Shown one piece after another: positions 54,130 to 64,000 of a stretch of 64,000 nt of DNA. How positions within the stretch are numbered: position 1 is the first letter of the stretch; every line of letters begins with the position of its first letter. The notes under the pieces were generated by a model that was given only the letters and a program-made list of their open reading frames with translations, made no database searches and was not told the DNA's origin. The stretch comes from the human T2T-CHM13v2.0 reference genome, Homo sapiens: assembly GCF_009914755.1 (NCBI RefSeq), contig NC_060930.1; one strand, 5' to 3'. Made by a program: the position numbers and the translations under genes.

Positions 54130-56321
54130 AAAAAATGGAAAACCATTCCATGTTCATGCATAGGAGAATCAATATTGTTAAAATGGCCATACTGTCCAAA
54201 GCAATTTACAAGATTCAAAGCTATTCTTATCAAACTACCAATGACATTCTTCACAAAACTATAAAAAAACTATTTGAAATTCATATGGAACCAAAAAAAG
54301 AGCCTGAATAGCCAAAGCAATTCTAAGCAAAAAGAACAAAGCAAGAGGCATTACACTACTCAACTTTAAACTGTAACTACAGGGCTATGGTAACCAAAAC
54401 AGCAAAGCAGTGGTACCAAAACAGACACATGGACCTATGGAACTGAATAGAAAGCCCAGAAGTAAGGCTGCATACCTACAATAATCTAATCTTTGACAAA
54501 GCTGACAAAAACAAGCAATGAGGAAAGGACTTCCTATTCAATAAATGGTGCTGGGATAACAGGCTACCCATCTGCAGAGAATTGAAACTGGACTCCTTCC
54601 TTACTTCATGTATTAGTCAGGGTTATCTAGAAAGACAGAACTAATATAAAGGGGAATTTATTAAGCAGTACTGCCTGACACAATCATGAGGTGAAGTCCC
54701 ACAATACACCATCTACAAGCTAAAGAGCAAGGAAGCCAGTCCGAGTCTGAAAACCTCAAAATTAGGGAAGCCGACAGTGCAGTCTTCAGTCTGTCATGGA
54801 AGGCCTGAGAGCCCCTGGTAAACCACTGGTGTAAGTCCAAGAGTCCAAAAGCTGAAGAACTTGGAGTCTGATGTTTGAGGGCAGGAAGCATCCAGTATGC
54901 GAGAAAGATAAAGGCTGGAAGAATCAGCAAGTCTGTTCTTTCTATCTTCTTCTGCCTGCTTTATTCTAGCTGCACTGGCAACTAATTAGATGATGCCCAA
55001 CCAGATTGAAAGTGGGTCAGTCTCTCTCAGTCCACTGACTCAAATGTTAATGTTTTTTGGCAACACCCTCACAGATACACCTAGGAACAATAATTTGCAT
55101 CCTTCAATCCAATCAAGTTGACACTCAGTATTAAACATCACACACTATATACAAAAATCAACTCAAGATGAATTAAAGACCTAAATGTAAAACCCAAAAT
55201 GGTAAAAATATTGGGAAGACAACTGAGGCAAAACCATTCTGGATATAGGAAAGGGTAAAGATTTCATGACTAAGACCCCAAAAGCAATTGCAACAAAAAC
55301 AAAAATTGACAAATGGGACCTAATTAAATTAAAGAGCTTCTGCACAGCAAAAGAAACTATCAACAGAGTAAACAGACAACATACAGAATGGGAGAAAGTG
55401 TTTGCAAACTGTGCATCTGACAAAGTTCTAATTTCCAGCATCTACAAATAACTTAAATAAATTTATAAGAAAAAACCCAAACAACCTCATTAAAAGGTGG
55501 GCTAGGGACAGGAACAGACACTTTTCAAAAGAAAATATACATGTGGCTAACAAGCATATGAAAAAAAGCTCAACATCACTAAGCATTAGAAAAATGAAAA
55601 TCAAAACCATGATGAGATACCATCTCACACCAGTCAGAATGGCTATTAAAAAGTCAAAAATTAACAGATGCTGGCAAGGTTGTGGAGAAAACAGGAAAGC
55701 TTATACACTGTTTGGTGGGAGTGAAAATTAGTTCAACCATAGTGAAAAGCAGTGTGCTGATTCCTCAAAGACATAAAAACAGAACTACCATTCAACCCTT
55801 CAATATCATTGCTGTATATATATCCAAAGAAATATAAATCATCGTATCATAAAGATACCTGCATGCATATGTTCATTGCAGCACTATTTAGAATAGCAAA
55901 GACATGGAGTCAGCCTAAATACCCATCAATGGTAGGCTCGATAAAGAAAATGTGGTATATATACACCGTATGTATATGTATAATACAAAAGAATTAAATC
56001 ACGTTCTTTGCAGGAGCATGGATGGAGCTGGAGGCCATTATCCTTAACAAACTAACACATGAACAGAAAACCAAATACCACACTTTCTCACTTATAACTG
56101 AAAGTTAAATGATGAGAACACATGGACATATAGGGGGGAACAACAGACACTGGGGCCTACCAGAGGGTGTGCGGTGGGAGGAGAGAGAGGGTCAGGCAAA
56201 ATAACTTAGGGATACTAGGCTTAATACTTGGGTGATGAAATAATCTCTACAACAAACCCCTGTGACATAAGTTTACCTATATAACGAACCTGCACATGTA
56301 CTCCTGAACTTAAAAAAAAAA
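54130..56321 (+). mobile_element. Older 5'-truncated LINE-1 (about L1PA13), interrupted by MLT2A2
   Basis: ORF2 3' fragments (RINIVKMAILSKAIY; [20 protein letters not shown]). 3'UTR TACTAGGCTTAATACTTGGGTGATGAAATAATCT..CCTGAACTTAAAA is typical of older L1PA subfamilies. Confidence 0.88.
54609..55142 (-). mobile_element. MLT2A2-like solo LTR (ERVL)
   Basis: TGTATTAGTCAGGGTT..GGAAGCCGACAGTGCAG..CAATCCAATCAAGTTGACACTCAGTATTAAACATCACA. The L1 sequence is continuous across it, with a degenerate 5-bp TSD CTTCA/CACTA. Confidence 0.85.
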
Positions 56322-56331
56322 AGAGAGAAAA

Positions 56332-57667
56332 GGATGGCTGGCAAGATAGCCAAATAGGAACATCTCTGGTTGGCAGCTCCCAGCGAGATCAATGCAGAAG
56401 GTGGGTGATTTCTGCATTTCCAACTGAGGTACCCAGCTCATCTCACTGGGACTGGTTAGAGAGTGATTGCAGCCCACGGAGGGCAAGCTGAAGCAGGATG
56501 GGGCATTGCCTCACCCTGGAAGTGCAAGGGGTTGGGAACTCCCTCCCCTAGCCAAGGGAAACTGTGCGGGATTGTGCCTTGAGGAATGGTGCATTCTGGC
56601 ACACATACTATGCTTTTCCCATGGTCTTCACAACCCACAGACCAGGAAAGTCCCTCAGGTGCCTACACCACCAGGGCCCTGGATTTCAAGCACAAAGCTG
56701 GGTGGCCATTTGAGAAGACACCAAGCTAGCTGCAGGAGTTTATTTTCATACCCCAGTAGTGCCTGGAACTTCAGTGAAACAGAACCACTCACTCCCCTGG
56801 AAAGGGGATGCTGAAGCCAGGAGCCAAGTGGTCTAGCTCAAGGAATCTCACCCCCATGGAGCCCAGCAAGCTAAGATCCACTGACTTGAAGTTCTCACTG
56901 CCAACACAGCAATCTGAAGTCCACCTGGGATGCTCTAGCTTTGTGGGGGAGGGGTATCTGCCATTACTGAGGGTTGAGTAGGTGGTTTTCCCCTCACAGT
57001 ATAAATAAAGCCACCCAGAAGATCAAATTGGGTGGAGCCCGTTGCAGCTAAGCAAAGCAACTGGAGCCAGACTTTCCCTCCAGATTCCCCCTCTCTGGTC
57101 AGGGCATGTCTGAAAGAAAGGCAGCAGCCGCAGTCAGGGGCTTACAGATAAAACTCCCATCTCTCTGGGACAGAGCACCTTGGGCAAGGGGCAACTGTGA
57201 GCACAACTTCAGCAGACTTAAATGTTCCTGCCTACTGTCTCTGAAAAGAGCCTCCAATCTCCCAGCACAGCACTCAAGCTCTGCTATGGGACAGATTGCC
57301 TTCTCAAGTGTGTCCCTGACCCCCATGCCTCCTGATGGGGAGACACCTCCCAGCAGGGGTTGACACGCACCACATACAGGAGAGCTCCAGCTGGCATCTG
57401 GCAGGTGCCCCTCTGGGATGAAGCTTCCAGAGGAAGGAACAGGCAGCAATCTTTGCTGTTCTGCAGCCTCCACTGGTGATGCCCAGGCAAACAGGGTCTG
57501 GAGTGGACATCCAGCAAACTCCAGCAGACCTGCAGGAGAGGGGCCTGACAAAAGGAAAACTAACAAACATAGAGAAATAGCATCAACATCAACAAAAGGA
57601 CATCCACAGAAAAACCCCATACGAAGGTCACCAACATCAAAGACCATAGATAGAAAAATCCATGAAG
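56332..57667 (+). promoter_or_regulatory. L1 5'UTR internal promoter region, CpG-depleted, YY1 site altered
   Basis: Lies upstream of the ORF1 ATG at 57668. CAAGATAGCC is present where L1s normally have CAAGATGGCC. Activity unknown. Confidence 0.6.
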
Positions 57668-58688
57668 ATGAGGAAAAACCAGTGCAAAAAGGCTGAATAT
57701 TCTAAAAACTAGAATGCCTCTTCTGTTCCAAAGGATCACAAGTCCTCGCCAGCAAGGGAGCAAAACTGGATGGAGAATGAGTTTGGCAAATTGCCAGAAG
57801 TAGGCTTCAGAAGGTGGGTAATAACAAATTCTTCTGAGCTAAAGAAGCATTTTCTAACCCAATGCAAGGAAGCTAAGAACCTTGAAAAAAGGTTAGAGGA
57901 ATTGCTAACTAGAATAACCAGTTTAGAGAAGAACATAAATGACCTGATGGAGCTGAAAAACACAGCAAGAGAACTTCATGAAGCATACAGAAGCATCAAC
58001 AGATGAATTGATCAAGCAGAAGAAAGAATATCAGAGATTGAAGATCAACTAAATGAAATAAAGCATGAAGACAAGATTAGAGAAAAAAGAATGAAAAGGA
58101 ACAAAGCCTCCAAAAAATATGGGACTATGTGAGAAGACCAAACCTACGTTTTATTAGTGTACCTCAAAGTGACAGGGAGGATGGAACCAAGTTTCAAAAC
58201 ACCTTCAAGATATTATCCAGGAAAACTTCCACAACCTAGCAAAACAGGTCAATATTCAAATTCAGGAAATACAGAGAACACCACAAAGATAGTCCTCAAG
58301 AAGAGCAGCCTCAAGACATATAATCGTCAGATTCACCAATGAAGAAGTGGAGGAAAAAATGTTAAGGGCAGCCAGAGAGAAAGGTCGGGTTACCCGCAAA
58401 AGGAAGCCCATTAGACTAACAGCAGATATCTCTGCAGAAAACCTATGAGCCAGAAGAAAGTGGCGGCCAATATTCAACATCCTTAAGGAAAAGAATTTTC
58501 AACCCAGGATTTCATATCCAGCCAAACTAAACTTCACAAGCAAAGGAGAAATAAAACCCTTTACAGATAAGCAAATGCTGAGACATTTTGTCACCACCAG
58601 GCCTGCCTTACAAGAGCTCCTAAAGGACACACTACATATAGAAAGGAAAAACTGTTTAGAGCTGTTGCAAACACATATTAAATTGTAA
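57668..58688 (+). pseudogene. L1 ORF1, disrupted
   Basis: ATGAGGAAAAACCAG start; coiled-coil fragment EAKNLEKRLEELLTRITSLEKNINDLMELKNTARELHEA; internal stops and frameshifts. Confidence 0.9.
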
Positions 58689-58751
58689 AGAACATCGACA
58701 CTATGAAGAAACTGCCTCAACTAAGGAGCAAAACAACTAGCTAGCATCATA

Positions 58752-61700
58752 ATGACAGGATCAGATTCACACATAATAAGATTAACCCTAAACCTTAAAT
58801 GTAAATGGACTAAATGCCCCAGCTAAAAGACACAGACTGGCAAATTGGATAAAGGGCCAAGACCCATTGGTGTGCTGTATTCAGGAGACCCATCTTAATG
58901 CAAAGACACACATAGGCTCAAAATAAAGGGATGGAGGAAGATCTACCAAGCAAATGGAAAGAAGAAAAAAAAAGGAGTGGTTGCAATCCTAGTCTCAGGT
59001 AAAACAGATGTTAAACCAACAAAAATCAAAAAACACAAAGAAAGGTATCACGTAATGGTAAAGGGATCAATGCAACAAGAAGAGCTAACTATCCTAAATA
59101 TATAGACACCTAATACAGGAGCACCTAGATTCATGAAGCAAGTTCTTAGAGACCTACAAAGAGACTTAGATGCCCACACAATAATAATGGGAGACTTTAA
59201 CACCCCAATGTCAATATTAGACAGATCAACAAGACTGAAAATTAACAAGGATACTCAAGACTTGAACTCAGCTCTGGACCAAGGGGACCCAATAGAAAAC
59301 TACAGAACTCTTTATCCCAGATCAACAGAATATACATTCTTCTCAGCACCAGATCACACTTATTCTAAAATTGGCCATATAATTGGAAGTAAAAAAAGTC
59401 CTCAGCAAATGCAAAAGAATGGAAATCATAACAGTCTCTCAGACCACAGTGCAATCAAACTAGAACTCAAGATTAAAAAATTCACTCAGAAATGCATGAC
59501 TACATGGAAACTGAACAACCTGCTCCAGAATGACTACTGGGTAAATAAGGAAATTAAGGCAGAAATAAATAAGTTCTTTGAAACCAATAGGAACATAGAC
59601 ACAATGTACCAGAATCTCTGGGACACAGCATAAGCAATGTTTAGAGGGAAACTTATAGTACTGAATGCCCACAGAAGAAAGCAGGAAAGATCTAAAATCG
59701 ACACCCTAACATCACGATTAAAAGAACCAGAGAAGCAAGAGCAAACAAATTCAAAAGCTAGCAGAAGACAAGAAGTAACTAAGATCAGAGTAGAACTGAA
59801 GGAGATAGAGACATGAAAAACCCTTCAAAACATCAATGAATCCAGAGGCTGGTTTTCTGAAAAGATTAACAAAATAGACCACTAGCCAGATTAATAAAGA
59901 AGAAAGGAGAGAAGATTCAAATAGATACAATAAAAATGATAAGGAGATATCATCATTGATCCCACAGAAATACAAACTACCATCAAAGAATACTATAAAC
60001 ACCTCTACACAAATAAACTAGAAAATCTAGCAGAAATGGATAAATTCCTGGTCACATACACCCTCCCAAGACTAAACAAGGAAGAAGTCAAATCCCTGAA
60101 TACACCAATAAAAAGTTCTGAAATTGAGGCCATAATTAATAGCCTACCAACCAAAAAAAAAGCCGAAGACCAGATGGATTCAAAGCCAAATCCTACAAGA
60201 GGTACAACGAGGAGCTGATACCATTCCTTCTGAAACTATTCCAATCAATAGAAAAAGAGGAACTCCTCCCTAACTCATTTTATGAGGCCAGCATCATCCT
60301 GATACCAAAACCTGGCAGAGACACAATAAAAAAGGAAATTTTAGGCCAAAATCCCTGATGAACATTGATGCAAAAATCGCCAGTAAAATACAGGCAAAAT
60401 GAATCCAGCAGCACATCAAAAAGCTTATCCACCACGATCAAGTTGGCTTCATTCCTGGGATGCAAAGCTGATACAACATAAACAAGTTAAACGTAATCTG
60501 TCACATAAGCAGAACCAATGACAAAATCACACGATTATCTCAATAGATGCAGAAAAGGCCTTTGATAAAATACAACACATCTTCATGCCAAAACTCTCAA
60601 TAAATTAGGTATCAGTGGAAAGTATCTCAAAATAATAACAGCCAATATCATACTGAGTGGACAAAAGCTGGAAGCATTCCCTTTGAAAACCAGCACAAGA
60701 AAAAGATGCCCTCCCTAACCACTCCTATTCAACATAATATTGGAAGTTCTGGTGAGGGCAATCAGGCAGGAGGAAAGAAATAAAGTGTATTCAGATAGAA
60801 AGAGAGGAAGTCAAATTGTCTCTGTTTGCAGATGACATGATTGTATATTTAGAAAACCCCATTGTCTCAGCCCAAAATCCCTTAAGCTGATAAGCAACTT
60901 CAGCAAAGTCTCTGGATGCAAAATCAGTGTGCAAAAATCACAAGCATTCCTATACACCAATAATTACAAACAAACAGAGAGCCAAATCATGAGTGAACTC
61001 CCATTCACAATTGCTACAAAGAGAATAAAATACCTAGGAATACAACTTACAAGGGATGTGAAGGAACTCTTGAGGGAGAGCTACAAACCAAGGAAATAAG
61101 AGAGGACACAAATGGAGAAACATTCCATGCTCATGGATAGGAAGAATCAATGCCATGAAAATGGCCATATTGCCCAAAGTTATTTAAGGATTCAATGTTC
61201 TTCCCATCAAACTACCATTGGCTTTCTTCACAGAATTAGAAAAAAACTACTTTAAATTTAATATGGAACCAAAAAGGAGCCCATATAGCCAAGACAATCC
61301 TAAACAAAAAGAACAAAGCTGGAGGCATCACACTCCCTGACTTCAAACTATACTACAAGGCTACAGTAACCAAAACAGCATGGTACTTGTGCCAAGACAG
61401 ATATAAAGACCAACGGAACAGAACAGAGACCTCAGAAATACTGCCACACATCTGCAACCATCTGATCTTTGAAAAACCTGACAAAAACAAGCAACGGGGA
61501 GAGGATTCTCTGTTTAATAAACAGTGTTGGGAAAAGTGGCTAGCCATATGCAGAAAACTGAAACCGGACCCCTTCCTTACACTTTATACAAAAATTAACT
61601 CAAGATGGATTAAAGACTTAAACATAAGACCTAAAACCATAAAAACCTTAGAAGAAAATCTAGGCAATACCATTAAGAACATAGGCATGGGCAAAGACTT

Positions 61701-62538
61701 CATGACTAAAACACCAAAAGCACTAGCAACAATAGCCAAAATAAACAAACAGGATCTAATTAAACTAAAGAGCTTCTGCACGGCAAAAGAAACCATCATA
61801 AGAGTGAACAGGCAACCTACAGAATGGGAGAACATTTTGGCAATCTATCCACCTGACAAAGGGCTAATATCCAGAATATACAAGGAACTTAAACAAATTT
61901 ACAAGAAAAAACAACCCCATCAAAATGTGGGCAAAGCATATGAATAGACACTTCTCAAAAGAAGACATTTATGTGGCCAAAAACCATATGAAAAAAAGCT
62001 CATCACTGGTCGTTAGAGAAATGCAAGTCAAAATCACAATGTGTTACCATCTCACACCAGTTGGAATGGCGATCATTAAAAAGTTAGGAAACAACAGATG
62101 CTGGAGAGGATGTGGAGAAATAGGAACGCTTTTACACTGTTGGTGGGAATGTAAATTAGTTCAACCATTGTGGAAGACAGTGTGGCAATTCCTCAAGGAT
62201 TTACAACCAGAAATACAATTTGACCTAGCAATACCATGACTTGGTATATACCCAAAGGATTATAAATCACGCTACTATAAAGACACATGCATATGTATGT
62301 TTATCGCAACACTATTCACAAGAGCAAAGACTTGGAACCAACCCAAATGCCCATCAATGAGAGACTGGATAAAGAAAATGTGGCACATATACACTATAGA
62401 ATACTATGCAGCTATACAAATAATGAGTTCATGTCCTTTGCAGGGACATAGATGAAGCTGGAAACCATCATTCTCAGCAAACTAACACAGGAACAGAAAA
62501 CCAAACACAGCATGTTCTCACTCATAAGTGGGAGCTGA
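58752..62538 (+). pseudogene. L1 ORF2, disrupted
   Basis: ATGACAGGATCA start; GDFNTP and [10 protein letters not shown] motifs; TTTGCAGATGAC (FADD) near 60825; [23 protein letters not shown]; many frameshifts. Confidence 0.93.
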
Positions 62539-62736
62539 ACAATGAGAACGCATGGACACAGGGAGAGGAACATCACACACCAGGTCTTGTCAGGGGGTAG
62601 TAGGGTAGGGGAAGAATAGCATTAGGAGAAGCACCTAATGTAGATGACGGGTTGATGGTTGCAGCAAACCATCATGGCACGTGTACACCTATGTAACAAA
62701 CCTGCACATTCTGCGCATGTATCCCAGAACTTAAAG

Positions 62737-62760
62737 TATATATATATATAGAGAGAGAGA
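62737..62760 (+). repeat. Compound (TA)n(GA)n microsatellite at the L1 tail
   Basis: TATATATATATATA followed directly by GAGAGAGAGA in place of a poly(A) tail. Confidence 0.85.
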
Positions 62761-64000
62761 AAACTCATGGCTCATAGAGATGTCTCAAAACTTACCTTGT
62801 TTTGACTGAGCAACAATATCCATGTTTTGAAAGAGAATAGACCCCTGAAGTCCTCTTTTTAATCTATAAATGTTTGTTATTGATTTTTGAGTATTCTGCT
62901 TATTAGATATAGACAATTTACTTTTAATTATCCAGACATGTTTTGGATTAAGCAATAGAGTAAAACAAACAAATGTACTTTAAACAATAAATTGCAGTCC
63001 TGCAACCTGAACTCACATGTAAAACAAAGAATGGATGAAATCCTACTTTAAACTCTAAATGCCTTTGCATAAGTGTTTTCCTACTTTATATTCATAAGTA
63101 AATGTAAACTTTAATATCAATTCCATTGCAGCCCTTTCTGAAAAGATTTCTTTGTATTGTTGACTTCAGGGGTAATTTGTTCTTCAAGCACAGACAAAGT
63201 TGTATAAGTTACTTAGGAAAATATCTCCATGTTAGATTGTAACCTACTGCTTTTCTTTTCATGGAAGCCATGCAAAGCTATATGTGGTAGGGTAGATTGA
63301 GGGAAGCCCAGCCAGTGTCAACCTGTTTCATGAAGAACTAATGATATGCCTGCATCTTTACTGAGGATGCTTTTGTTGCCAAGAAAGAACACAATTGAGG
63401 GATGTGGGCACTCAATGTCTGCCTGACAGCAGATGTGAATCTTTTCTAACAGGTACATAGCAACAAAGCTTTAAATAGAATCCAGCAGCTGTTAAATCAA
63501 GAACAAGAATATTTACTTCACTTTTTCTATAGTCCCATTATTCTGTAATTCAAACGTCAACTCACCCTATTTTATTTTTAAGCTGTAGCTGATAAGGAGC
63601 AAAATTCCTCTACTATCCAAAGGGCTTTGAAGGGTTCTAACCTCATTTCACAGATTAAGTTCAGGCAGTTTACTCAGATTCCTTTTTAGGACTAGAAACT
63701 GTTTTTCCCATTTACAGCGAACAGTTTTAAAAACGTGTATTTCAGGGGTAAACAGACATCATCTCTGAACAGAACTAGGTTAGAAGTAAGCTTAGAGATT
63801 TGTCTAGATTAAATTTAGATTTGCTTTCAGTTTCAAAATGACCCCATACATTCCATTTCAGGATTACTTTCTTTTTCTGCTGTGAGGTGGATTGGAGGCT
63901 GCCTTCCCTAAGATTTTCTTTTCACTTTTTGAGTATGCAAGTGACATTTTCCTGTTCATCCAAAGAATGAAGTAAACCCGATTAGATTTGTTCTCCATCT

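Larger units (their letters stand above)
56332..62753 (+). mobile_element. Full-length decayed LINE-1 (L1PA7-like), TSD AGAGAGAAAA
   Basis: The 5'UTR starts GGATGGCTGGCAAGATAGCCAAATAGGAACA, followed by ORF1, ORF2 and a 3'UTR ..AATGTAGATGACGGGTTGATG..ATCCCAGAACTTAAAGTATA. AGAGAGAAAA lies at 56322-56331 and 62754-62763. Confidence 0.93.

Noticed and set aside
57099-57647. 182-aa antisense ORF in the L1 5'UTR
   Set aside because: GC-rich UTR sequence yields open frames readily, and there is no evidence of function from the sequence alone.
56332-62753. Potentially active full-length L1
   Set aside because: Both ORFs have multiple stops and frameshifts, and the subfamily is long extinct.
62764-64000. 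Unique AT-rich sequence with possible splice-acceptor-like motifs (e.g. TTTTCTAACAG near 63442)
   Set aside because: No ORF or recognisable exon; such motifs are expected by chance.

Overview
This is eukaryotic, primate (human/ape-like) pericentromeric DNA, not a microbial region. Bases 1-45,581 are highly diverged, ancient alpha satellite built from two alternating ~171-172-bp monomer types (a ~343-bp dimer), with no intact CENP-B box seen by eye. The satellite lies in three orientation domains (+ 1-5,520; - 5,787-34,780; + 34,778-45,581) and is interrupted by a 5'-truncated L1PA3-like element, two LTR13 copies and a truncated HERV-K(HML-3)/MER9 provirus. At about 45.6-50.25 kb an L1PA3/4-like element sits at the border between satellite and chromosome-arm sequence. 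The arm side holds MLT1, MIR, L2, nested MER34/MER39-like LTRs, an L1PA13-like element split by MLT2A2, and a full-length decayed L1PA7-like element. I found no intact protein-coding or RNA gene and no evidence of a new enzymatic or defence system. The notable signals are structural: an LTR duplicated together with its satellite flank, two unbalanced inversion junctions, relic higher-order repeats, recurrent snap-back (templated inverted insertion) repair scars, a recurring 9-bp dyad, and a near-CENP-B box in a duplicated monomer. Subfamily names come from recalled consensus sequences and need RepeatMasker/Dfam confirmation.
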